A stretch of 38,716 nucleotides of DNA from a virus (taxonomy: Duplodnaviria; Heunggongvirae; Uroviricota; Caudoviricetes): IMG/VR virus record IMGVR_UViG_2740892369_000044; one strand, written 5' to 3'. Positions 15,628 to 24,593 of this stretch are shown one piece after another. Below the pieces are notes generated by a model, which had not been told where the DNA came from, ran no database searches, and was given only the letters and a program-made list of their open reading frames with translations. The translations under genes and the position numbers were made by a program. Numbering within the stretch: position 1 is the first letter of the stretch; each line of letters begins with the position of its first letter.

Positions 15628-17307
15628 ATGGCGGAAACAACTAAAGAGCGATTGAACAAACAGTTCGCACAACTTGAAAGCGAGCGTCAGTCGTTCGAGC
15701 CGCACTGGCGCGAGTTGAGTGATTACATCAACCCGCGTGGTTCCCGCTTTCTGACTTCTGAGGTCAACCGTAACGATCGACGCAATACACGCATTATTGA
15801 TTCGACCGGGACTATGGCGGCGCGCACTCTCGCCAGCGGCATGATGTCAGGCATCACAAGCCCCGCGCGTCCGTGGTTTCGCCTGGCTACGCCAGATCCT
15901 GAAATGATGGATTATGGCCCTGTTAAGTTGTGGCTTGAGGCGGTGCAGAACCGCATGAACGATATGTTCAATAAGTCGAATCTCTATCAGTCGCTGCCGC
16001 AGTTATACGGAAGCCTCGGCACATACAGCACCGGTGCAATGGCGGTACTGGAGGATGATGAGGACATCATTCGCACAATGCCATTCCCGATAGGCAGTTA
16101 CTACCTGGCTAACTCACCTCGTGGCAGTGTTGACACCTGTTTTCGCAAGTTCTCTATGACTGTTCGTCAGCTTGTTCAGGAGTTCGGGCTAAATAACGTC
16201 AGCGAATCCGTAAAAAGCATGTGGGAAAGCGGCACCTACGAGAAGTGGATTGACGTGATGCATTCGGTTTACCCGAACATTGACCGCGATACATCGAAGC
16301 TGGATAGCAAGAACAAGCCATTCAAATCGGTTTATTACGAGGTTGGTGGCGATAACGACAAGTTGTTGCGTGAGTCCGGATTCGATGAGTTTCCAATTAT
16401 GGCTCCGCGCTGGGAAGTTAATGGCGAAGATGTTTATGGATCATCATGCCCGGGTATGCTGGCGCTTGGACCTGTTAAGGCATTGCAGCTTCTCCAGAAG
16501 CGCAAGTCGCAGTTGATTGATAAAGCCACCAATCCGCCGATGGTTGCTCCGACTTCCCTCAAGAATCAGCGCGCCTCCCTTCTTCCTGGCGACATCACGT
16601 ATATCGATCAGATTACTGGTCAGGATGGCTTCAGGCCTGCTTATCTGGTTAACCCCAGTACAGCAGATTTGGTGGCAGACATTCAGGACACTCGTCAAAT
16701 CATTAACAGCGCCTACTTTGTCGATCTGTTCATGATGTTGCAGAACATCAATACCCGCTCGATGCCTGTTGAAGCGGTGATCGAAATGAAAGAAGAAAAA
16801 CTTCTGATGTTGGGGCCGGTTCTGGAGCGTCTGAACGACGAATGTCTTAATCCTCTCATTGACCGCGCTTTCTCGATGATGGTGCGTAAAAACATGCTGC
16901 CGCCACCGCCTGACGCGATGGAAGGTATGCCCCTGAAGGTCGAATACATTTCCGTCATGGCTCAGGCGCAGAAGTCTATCGGCCTGTCCAGTCTGGCGTC
17001 TACGGTCAACTTCATTGGTCAACTTGCGCAAGCGAAACCAGAAGCTCTCGACAAACTCAACGTTGATCAGGCGATCGATGCATTCGCTGATATGTCCGGA
17101 GTGTCTCCAACCGTCATTGTTCCGCAGGAACAGGTTGAGCAGGCTCGCCAGCAACGGGCACAGCAGCAACAGCAGCAACAAATGATGGCGATGGGAATGG
17201 CGGCGGCACAGGGCGCCAAGACGCTAAGCGAAGCTAAAACTTCGGATCCGAGTGTTTTGTCAGCTATGGCGAATGCAGTTAGTGGTCAGGGTGGGCAATC
17301 ACAATGA
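15628..17307 (+). CDS. Portal protein
   Basis: 559 aa; size, position after terminase and before scaffold/capsid, Gln-rich C-terminus; GGAG ribosome-binding site. Confidence 0.75.
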   Translation: MAETTKERLNKQFAQLESERQSFEPHWRELSDYINPRGSRFLTSEVNRNDRRNTRIIDSTGTMAARTLASGMMSGITSPARPWFRLATPDPEMMDYGPVKLWLEAVQNRMNDMFNKSNLYQSLPQLYGSLGTYSTGAMAVLEDDEDIIRTMPFPIGSYYLANSPRGSVDTCFRKFSMTVRQLVQEFGLNNVSESVKSMWESGTYEKWIDVMHSVYPNIDRDTSKLDSKNKPFKSVYYEVGGDNDKLLRESGFDEFPIMAPRWEVNGEDVYGSSCPGMLALGPVKALQLLQKRKSQLIDKATNPPMVAPTSLKNQRASLLPGDITYIDQITGQDGFRPAYLVNPSTADLVADIQDTRQIINSAYFVDLFMMLQNINTRSMPVEAVIEMKEEKLLMLGPVLERLNDECLNPLIDRAFSMMVRKNMLPPPPDAMEGMPLKVEYISVMAQAQKSIGLSSLASTVNFIGQLAQAKPEALDKLNVDQAIDAFADMSGVSPTVIVPQEQVEQARQQRAQQQQQQQMMAMGMAAAQGAKTLSEAKTSDPSVLSAMANAVSGQGGQSQ

Positions 17308-17600
17308 CAGATTACGAAGATGATCAACTGAAAGAAGAAAACGCCCGTAAGCAACGTGACATGGCACAGCGTGAAATTGATGACATTCGCTTTGTCATGA
17401 GCAGTGAACAGGGGCGTCGCGTTGTCTGGTCGGTGCTGGAGAAAGGCCGTGTGTTTTCCGCTATCTCACCGATGGACGCTATGGCAATGGCATTTAATGA
17501 GGGGCAACGCAATCTGGCGCTGGAACTGTTTCAGCGCGTTATGGCGCATTGCCCTGAACAGTATTTGAAGATGGCCAAAGAGGCCAGTGAACAGGAGTGA
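17304..17600 (+). CDS. Hypothetical head-assembly protein
   Basis: 98-aa ORF coupled between portal and scaffold. Confidence 0.5.
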   Translation: MTDYEDDQLKEENARKQRDMAQREIDDIRFVMSSEQGRRVVWSVLEKGRVFSAISPMDAMAMAFNEGQRNLALELFQRVMAHCPEQYLKMAKEASEQE

Positions 17601-18298
17601 TCATGAATTTATTTGAGCGTTTGCTGTATCGCCGTCTTTGCAATGAGCAACCAGTCGATGGTGGAGCAGCTCCGGCTGCGTCAGAACCGTCAGCGCCTGC
17701 AGGTGATAACCCTGCTCCAGTTGGTGATCCATCACAATCGGAAGGTGATAAGCCACAACCTGTTGCTGATGGCGATAAACCTGCTGATGACAAAAAGCCT
17801 GAAAACGATAAGCAGGATGAAAAAAAGGACGGCGATAAACCAGAGGGTGCGCCTGAGAAGTACGAGTTTCAGGCTGCCGAAGGCGTAGAGCTGGATACAG
17901 AAGCGTTGAAGGAATTCGAGCCGGTGGCGCGAGAACTTAACCTGACCAACGAGCAAGCGCAAAAGCTGGTTGATGCTTATCCGAAGATTCTGGCAGGTGT
18001 GCAGCAGCGCCAGGCAGAAGCCTGGCAGAAAACAACCGAGCAGTGGGCTGCTGATGTAAAAGCTGACAAAGAAATCGGTGGCGACAAGTTGATTTCTAAC
18101 CTTAGCGCCGCACAGCGTGCGCTTGACCAGTTCGGGACACCTGAACTCAAAGAATATCTGAACACCACCGGGCTGGGTAATCACCCTGATCTGGTCAAAA
18201 CGTTCGTGAAAATCGGAAAGGCGATGTCTGAAGATGGCATGGTCACCGGTGGTAATGAAGGCCAGCGTAGTGCGGCCGAAGTGCTCTATGGCAAATAA
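17597..18298 (+). CDS. Scaffolding protein
   Basis: 233 aa; acidic, Pro/Asp/Lys-rich N-terminal half then helical; directly upstream of the major capsid gene. Confidence 0.6.
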   Translation: MIMNLFERLLYRRLCNEQPVDGGAAPAASEPSAPAGDNPAPVGDPSQSEGDKPQPVADGDKPADDKKPENDKQDEKKDGDKPEGAPEKYEFQAAEGVELDTEALKEFEPVARELNLTNEQAQKLVDAYPKILAGVQQRQAEAWQKTTEQWAADVKADKEIGGDKLISNLSAAQRALDQFGTPELKEYLNTTGLGNHPDLVKTFVKIGKAMSEDGMVTGGNEGQRSAAEVLYGK

Positions 18299-18306
18299 GA
18301 GAGGAA

Positions 18307-19299
18307 ATGACAATGGCTGTTAAAGGCTTAACTGCGCTAACGCTGGCTGACTGGGGTAAGCGCGTCGATCCAAACGGGAAAGTCGATAAGATTATCGAGC
18401 TTCTCGGTCAAACTAACCCGATCCTTCAGGATATGCCTTTTGTCGAAGGGAACCTTCCTACCGGACACCGAACCACCATTCGTTCTGGTTTACCTTCAGC
18501 TACCTGGCGTTTGCTGAACTATGGTGTACAGCCAAGCAAATCAACCACAGTGCAGGTCACCGATTCCGTTGGCATGCTGGAAACCTATGCTGAAGTCGAT
18601 AAGTCACTGGCTGATCTGAACGGTAATACCGCCGAATTCCGCCTGTCTGAAGACCGCGCATTTATTGAAGCGATGAATCAGCAGATGGCGCAGACACTGT
18701 TTTATGGTGATTCCAGCGTTAACCCTCAGCAGTTTATGGGACTGTCCTCCCGCTATTCCAGCCTGTCTGCGGGTAATGCTCAGAACATCATTGATGCTGG
18801 TGGCACGGGTACAGATAACACCTCAATCTGGTTAGTGGTGTGGGGCGAAAACACCGTGCATGGCATCTTCCCGAAAGGGCAGAAGGCTGGCATCCAGATG
18901 GAAGATAAAGGCCAGGTGACACTGGAAGATGCGAATGGCGGCAAGTACGAAGGCTACCGTACCCATTACAAATGGGACAACGGACTTGCTCTGCGTGACT
19001 GGCGTTATGTTGTTCGCATTGCAAACATCGATGTCAGAAATCTTTCAGAACCTTCCTCTGCCGCAAATATTGCGAAGTTGATGGTTAAAGCACTGCATCG
19101 CATTCCAAATCGTGGCATGGGTCGCCCGGTGTTCTACATGAACAGCACTGTAGGCCAGGCTCTTGATCTGCAATCTCTGGAGAAAACATCTCTGGCGATC
19201 AGCGTAAAAGAGACAGAAGGCGAGTGGTGGACTTCATTCCGTGGTGTACCAATCCGTGAAACTGATGCGCTTCTGGAAACAGAAGCCCGCGTGGTGTAA
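18307..19299 (+). CDS. Major capsid protein
   Basis: 330 aa; position after scaffold; strong ribosome-binding site; size consistent with podovirus coat proteins. Confidence 0.75.
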   Translation: MTMAVKGLTALTLADWGKRVDPNGKVDKIIELLGQTNPILQDMPFVEGNLPTGHRTTIRSGLPSATWRLLNYGVQPSKSTTVQVTDSVGMLETYAEVDKSLADLNGNTAEFRLSEDRAFIEAMNQQMAQTLFYGDSSVNPQQFMGLSSRYSSLSAGNAQNIIDAGGTGTDNTSIWLVVWGENTVHGIFPKGQKAGIQMEDKGQVTLEDANGGKYEGYRTHYKWDNGLALRDWRYVVRIANIDVRNLSEPSSAANIAKLMVKALHRIPNRGMGRPVFYMNSTVGQALDLQSLEKTSLAISVKETEGEWWTSFRGVPIRETDALLETEARVV

Positions 19300-19350
19300 C
19301 GCCTGTTATTAACCTGTGGGTCGTAACAGACCCACTAATGGAGAAAGAAG

Positions 19351-19788
19351 ATGATCACCGACAAACTGTTGATGTTCTCCGAAGCTCAGGCGGTTACGAA
19401 TACCGCGGCTTCTACTGACGTAATCGATCTCGGTCCAATTGACGGAAAACGTCGTGATATCGGCGTGGGTTACCCGCTTGAGTTTTGGGTGCTGGTTAAC
19501 GAAGCCGCCACGGCAAGTGGTGAGGCAACTGTAAACATCCAGTTGCAGACGAGTGAGAATAACAGCTCTTGGACCACTATTTATGATAGTGGTGCGTTGG
19601 CAAAGGCCACCCTGACAGCAGGTAAGCGAGTTGTTTCTGCAAAGGTGCCAGCCGGTGTTCAGCGATATCTGCGTGTTAACTACTCCGTCGCAACTGGCCC
19701 ACTAACGGCCGGCAAATTCACTGCGGGTATCAGTCTTGATGTTGATGCCAATACGCCGTATCCGATCCGCTCAAAAGTAACTGGTTAA
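19351..19788 (+). CDS. Hypothetical virion protein (possible capsid decoration or head-tail protein)
   Basis: 145-aa ORF after capsid; beta-rich composition. Confidence 0.45.
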   Translation: MITDKLLMFSEAQAVTNTAASTDVIDLGPIDGKRRDIGVGYPLEFWVLVNEAATASGEATVNIQLQTSENNSSWTTIYDSGALAKATLTAGKRVVSAKVPAGVQRYLRVNYSVATGPLTAGKFTAGISLDVDANTPYPIRSKVTG

Positions 19789-19789
19789 G

Positions 19790-20134
19790 GTGATATCGAT
19801 GTCAGGTGAGAAACCAAGATACCGCGTTCTGCGCCTCTCTCATATCCATAACACTCTGTGGCCGGAGGGGGCAGAAATCGAATACGAAGGTGAGCCTGGT
19901 AGCGCACTGGAACCTGTTAACGATGCAGCCAGACAGGCAAAAGCAAAAGTTGCAGGAAAGGTGTCAATGGCAGCAACCAGCACCAAAATCATCAACGATG
20001 TGTCAGATGATGGTGAACTGGATAAGCTCCGTGAAGAGTACGAATTGCTCTTTAACGAGAAGCCACACCATAACGCCAAAGCTGAAACGCTCCGCGAGAA
20101 GATCGCAGATAAGCGTAAAGAACTGGGCGTGTAA
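19790..20134 (+). CDS. Hypothetical virion-associated protein
   Basis: 114-aa coupled ORF. Confidence 0.45.
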   Translation: MISMSGEKPRYRVLRLSHIHNTLWPEGAEIEYEGEPGSALEPVNDAARQAKAKVAGKVSMAATSTKIINDVSDDGELDKLREEYELLFNEKPHHNAKAETLREKIADKRKELGV

Positions 20135-20151
20135 GCCTCGCGAATCAGACA

Positions 20152-20172
20152 AGGGGCTTCGGCCCCTTTATT
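20152..20172 (+). terminator. Rho-independent terminator or attenuator within the structural operon
   Basis: Stem AGGGGC / GCCCCT with loop TTCG, followed by TTATT. Confidence 0.6.
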
Positions 20173-20184
20173 GCAGGAGTGTAT

Positions 20185-20508
20185 ATGGAACTCGTAAACC
20201 TCAAAACCGGCACTGACAGCTACCAGGATGAGAGCGGAGAAACCAGAACTCGCGATGAATACCCGTGGGGGCTGTGCATCACGCTGAATAACGACACATT
20301 GAATAAGCTGAAGGCGCAACCTCAGGGCGTTGGAAAAGAAGTGATGATAACTGCAAAGGCTGTTATTCGAGGCCTGTCTGCCAGAGAAACTGACGATGGT
20401 GTTAATCGCAGCGCCGATCTGCAGATCACTGATATGGCGATCGCTCCTGTTTCCGGGGATGTAGAAAAATCAGCGGCTGAAACTCTGTACGGCAATGGGG
20501 GTGAGTAA
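20185..20508 (+). CDS. Hypothetical virion protein
   Basis: ATG at 20185 with AGGAG ribosome-binding site (track ORF starts 20179). Confidence 0.5.
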   Translation: MELVNLKTGTDSYQDESGETRTRDEYPWGLCITLNNDTLNKLKAQPQGVGKEVMITAKAVIRGLSARETDDGVNRSADLQITDMAIAPVSGDVEKSAAETLYGNGGE

Positions 20509-21113
20509 TGGCCTCTGTAGTAGAGATCTGCAATCGCGCGCTGTCCAATATTGGCAATAGCCGCAGCATTAACAGCCTGACGGAAGCCAGCAAGGAAGCG
20601 GGGGAATGTTCGCTGCACTTTGAGGCCTGCCGTGATGCTGTGCTTTCTGATTTTGACTGGAACTTTGCTACCAAACGCGTGGCGCTTGCAGATACGAGCA
20701 ATCCACCGCCTGACTGGGAATATGCGTACCAGTACCCGTCCGATTGTCTGCGCATTACTGAAATTATGCTTCCTGGTGTACGCAATCCAACAGCAGCAAT
20801 GCGCGTTCAGTACGAAGTTGGTGCAGACACCAATGGAACAGGAAAGTTGATCTACACAGACCAGCCTCAGGCATGGCTCAAGTATGTCTCTCGCGTTACA
20901 GATGTGAACATGTTTGATGCCATTTTTATGGAGGCGTTGGCCTGGCGTCTTGCGGCAGCTATTAACATGGCGCTGACTGGGAATGCAGACCTCGGTACGT
21001 TTGCCCTCAATATGTACAATCGCGTGATTCTTAGTGCTGGCTCGCATAGCCAGAATGAATCACAGGAACCACAGCCACCGGTTGACGAGTTTACCATTGC
21101 GAGGTTGTCCTGA
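20508..21113 (+). CDS. Tail tubular protein A-like (T7 gp11-like adaptor)
   Basis: 201 aa; size, order and loose N-terminal similarity (CNRALSNIGNSRSINSLTE versus T7 gp11 VNDILASIGEPPVSTLE). Confidence 0.5.
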   Translation: MASVVEICNRALSNIGNSRSINSLTEASKEAGECSLHFEACRDAVLSDFDWNFATKRVALADTSNPPPDWEYAYQYPSDCLRITEIMLPGVRNPTAAMRVQYEVGADTNGTGKLIYTDQPQAWLKYVSRVTDVNMFDAIFMEALAWRLAAAINMALTGNADLGTFALNMYNRVILSAGSHSQNESQEPQPPVDEFTIARLS

Positions 21114-23584
21114 TGGCTATCAGTTGGATCCATCCAAGCTTTGCTGGTGGTGAGATTGGACCGTCGTTGTACGGGCGTATCGACATGGCGAAGTACCAGG
21201 TGGCATTGCGCAAGTGCGATAACTTTATCGTGCGGCAGTATGGCGGCGTTGAGAATCGACCTGGTACGCGTTTTGTCGGTGCCGCCAAATACCCAAATCG
21301 GAAATGCCGCCTGATCCCGTTCCAGTTCTCGACGGTTCAGACCTATGCTCTGGAGTTCGGACACCAGTACATGCGCGTTATCAAAGATGGTGCGTTGGTG
21401 CTGAACAGCAGCAATGTTATTTATGAAATTGCCACGCCATATACTGAAGCCGATCTGTTCCGAATTAAATTTACGCAAAGCGCCGACGTGCTTACGCTGG
21501 TTCACCCGGCATACCCGCCGAAAGAGTTGCGCCGCTATGCGCATGACAACTGGCAACTGGTTGATGTGGTAACGAAGAACGGGCCATTTGAAGATATCAA
21601 TATTGACGAGTCAGTGACGGTTTATGCCAGCGCCAGCACCGGGACAATTACGTTAACGGCAAACGCCTCTATTTTTGGCGCGGAGCAGGTAGGCAAATTG
21701 TTCTATCTGGAACAGCCTGCAGTGGATTCAGTGCCGGTATGGGAAACCAGTAAGAGTACGTCGATTGGCGATATTCGCCGTGCAGACAGTAACTACTATC
21801 GCGCCGTTACAGCAGGCAAAACAGGCACTTTGCGCCCTTCGCATACAGAAGGCACATCATGGGATGGCTGGGGCGGATCCGGTGATGATGATACCGGCAT
21901 TGAGTGGGAGTATCTGCACAGTGGTTTTGGCATTGCCCGTATCTCTGCTGCAAATGGAACTACTGCAACTGCCGAGGTGATTTCCTATATCCCTTCGCAG
22001 GTCGTTGGCGAGGATAATGCCAGCTATAAATGGGCTAAATATGCCTGGAACAGTGTTAATGGTTATCCTGGCACTGTTGTTTATTATCAACAACGTCTTT
22101 ACTTCGCCGCATCGACTGCGTTCCCTCAGACTATCTGGGCCAGCCGTACTGGTGATTATAAGGATTTTGGCAAAAGCAATCCTACGCAGGATGACGACAG
22201 AATTATCTACACCTATGCCGGGCGTCAGGTTAATGAGATCCGCCACCTGATTGATGTTGGTTCGCTGGTGGCGCTGACTTCCGGAGGTGAGTACGTCATC
22301 ACCGGCGACCAGAACAAAGTGCTTACCCCATCATCATTTGCATTCAGCTCTCAGGGATCAAATGGCTCGAGCAATGTCCCACCAATTGCCGTGGCGAATA
22401 TTGCTCTGTTCGTCCAGGAGAAAGGCAGTGTTGTCCGTGATCTGGCCTACTCATTCGATGTTGACGGCTATCAGGGGAACGACCTTACTATCCTTGCCAA
22501 TCATCTTTTTCAGAAGCACAGCATTGTTGACTGGTGCTTCTCGATAGTCCCTTACTCCAGCGCCTTCTGCATCCGTGATGACGGTAAATTACTGGTGATG
22601 ACCTATTTGCGTGATCAGCAGGTTTTTGCATGGGCACCACAATCCAGTACCGGAAAATATGAAAGCACATGCAGTATCAGCGAAGGCAATGAAGATGCGG
22701 TGTATTTCGTCGTTAACAGAACCGTTAACGGGCAAACAGTGAGATACATCGAGAGACTGTCCAGCCGTTTATTTACCAGCGATGAAGATGCTTTCTTTGT
22801 TGATTCTGGCCTTAGCTATGATGGAAGAAATACGTCTGACAGAACGATGACCATCACTGGTGGTTCTGGCGAATGGGATTATCGCGCGGAATATACAATC
22901 AGTGTTTCTGGTGGTGCGTACTTCACCAGTAGTGATGTCGGCGCGCAACTACAGTTCCCTTATGCCGGAACTGATCCTGGTACTGGCGATGAAGTGTCAA
23001 AAGAATTACGTTGCGACATTATTTCTGTAACCAGCAATACCGCTGTAGTGGTTCGTGCCAACAGGAACGTCCCGCCATCCCTCAGGAATGCGGCCACCAT
23101 GAACTGGCAGATGGCGCGCCGGACATTTGGAGGCCTGTCTCATCTTGAAGGCCAGACCGTAAACATTCTCTCTGATGCGAACGTGGAACCACAGAAAGTG
23201 GTTTCCGGAGGTGCCGTCACGCTGGAATCACCGGGGGCTGTAGTGCACATCGGCCTGCCAATAACTGCTGAATTCGAAACACTGGATATCAACATTAACG
23301 GACAGGAAACGCTGCTGGACAAAAAACAGGTGATCCCGTCCGTTACTCTGGTTGTGAATGCCAGCCGCGGCATCTGGGCGACTACGCCAGGCGGTAAATG
23401 GTACGAATATCCACAGCGTGAATTCGAGTTCTACGATGATCCTGTTGATGACGCTACCGGAAAAGTAGAAGTGAAACTGGACAGTAACTGGGGCAAAAAC
23501 GGACGTGTAAGAATCCGTCAGCTTGACCCGTTGCCGCTGTCTGTTCTTGCCGTTATTCCTCGCCTTACTGTTGGGGGATTTTGA
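21113..23584 (+). CDS. Tail tubular protein B-like (T7 gp12-like nozzle)
   Basis: 823 aa; follows the gp11-like gene with ATGA overlap; size and order match T7 gp12. Confidence 0.5.
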   Translation: MAISWIHPSFAGGEIGPSLYGRIDMAKYQVALRKCDNFIVRQYGGVENRPGTRFVGAAKYPNRKCRLIPFQFSTVQTYALEFGHQYMRVIKDGALVLNSSNVIYEIATPYTEADLFRIKFTQSADVLTLVHPAYPPKELRRYAHDNWQLVDVVTKNGPFEDINIDESVTVYASASTGTITLTANASIFGAEQVGKLFYLEQPAVDSVPVWETSKSTSIGDIRRADSNYYRAVTAGKTGTLRPSHTEGTSWDGWGGSGDDDTGIEWEYLHSGFGIARISAANGTTATAEVISYIPSQVVGEDNASYKWAKYAWNSVNGYPGTVVYYQQRLYFAASTAFPQTIWASRTGDYKDFGKSNPTQDDDRIIYTYAGRQVNEIRHLIDVGSLVALTSGGEYVITGDQNKVLTPSSFAFSSQGSNGSSNVPPIAVANIALFVQEKGSVVRDLAYSFDVDGYQGNDLTILANHLFQKHSIVDWCFSIVPYSSAFCIRDDGKLLVMTYLRDQQVFAWAPQSSTGKYESTCSISEGNEDAVYFVVNRTVNGQTVRYIERLSSRLFTSDEDAFFVDSGLSYDGRNTSDRTMTITGGSGEWDYRAEYTISVSGGAYFTSSDVGAQLQFPYAGTDPGTGDEVSKELRCDIISVTSNTAVVVRANRNVPPSLRNAATMNWQMARRTFGGLSHLEGQTVNILSDANVEPQKVVSGGAVTLESPGAVVHIGLPITAEFETLDININGQETLLDKKQVIPSVTLVVNASRGIWATTPGGKWYEYPQREFEFYDDPVDDATGKVEVKLDSNWGKNGRVRIRQLDPLPLSVLAVIPRLTVGGF

Positions 23585-24048
23585 TGATCGACGTTAAAAT
23601 TATTCCCGCTACCGAAGAGCATCTTCAGATGATTTTGCCGGATGTTCGTCAGGCTGATATTGACGAACTGTATGCAGTATCACTGATGACTACCGAAGAT
23701 GCGCTACGTGTTGGTCTTCGCACTGCGACTATGGCCTGGTCAGGGTTCGCGAACGGAGAACTGGTAACCATGTTTGGTGTATCTCCGGCGTCAATGATCG
23801 GTGGCAATGGTACGCCCTGGCTGGTAGGAACCAGCCGTATTGAAAAATATCAGAAGACATTTCTTCGCCACTGCCGCCCTGTATTGCAGCAGATGCTGGC
23901 AGTTTATCCGCGCCTGGAAAACTACGTCGACGAGCGAAACCATGTTGCCAAAGCATGGCTGCACTGGCTTGGATTCAGGCTTGAAGAAGCCGCGCCTTAT
24001 GGTGCTCTTGGTCTTAATTTCCACAGATTTCACATGGAGAGAAAATAA
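23581..24048 (+). CDS. Internal virion protein (gp13-like position)
   Basis: 155-aa coupled ORF. Confidence 0.45.
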   Translation: MMIDVKIIPATEEHLQMILPDVRQADIDELYAVSLMTTEDALRVGLRTATMAWSGFANGELVTMFGVSPASMIGGNGTPWLVGTSRIEKYQKTFLRHCRPVLQQMLAVYPRLENYVDERNHVAKAWLHWLGFRLEEAAPYGALGLNFHRFHMERK

Positions 24049-24593
24049 TGTGCGATCCGGTTATTGCTGGTGGCGCAATGCTCGCCATGAGTGGCATTCA
24101 GGCATACACCCAGTACCAACAGGGAAAGTATGCCTCGAAGGTTGCAGAAGCGAACGCAGATATAGCCACAGCTCAGGCAAATGATGCAATAAACAGAGGT
24201 AACGCTGAAGCTGAGCAACGACGCAGAGAGACCCGACAGCGGCTTGGTACACAGGCGGCGACAATGGGGGCTACCGGCGCTGATTTATCTACAGGTAACG
24301 CGCTGGATATATTTGGCGACACTGCCCAGTTTGGCGCTCTTGATTCGCTGACGACGGTGAATAACGCGCAACGCGAGGCTTACGGTTATCAGGTTCAGGC
24401 TGCCAACTATAAAGCAGAAGCCAGTTCAGCCCGTAAACAGGGGAATGTGGGAGCAGCAACAACATTGCTCACTGCGCCTCTGAAGGCATACGGTGCGTAC
24501 CAGATGTTTGGTGGGACGTGGAGTCCGTTTACTCAAAGCACTCCTGCGCCAATCGGGGCAGCAGCAGGAACCAGATTACCCGGAGGATTATAA
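24048..24593 (+). CDS. Internal virion protein (gp14-like position)
   Basis: 181 aa; Ala/Gln-rich helical protein. Confidence 0.45.
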   Translation: MCDPVIAGGAMLAMSGIQAYTQYQQGKYASKVAEANADIATAQANDAINRGNAEAEQRRRETRQRLGTQAATMGATGADLSTGNALDIFGDTAQFGALDSLTTVNNAQREAYGYQVQAANYKAEASSARKQGNVGAATTLLTAPLKAYGAYQMFGGTWSPFTQSTPAPIGAAAGTRLPGGL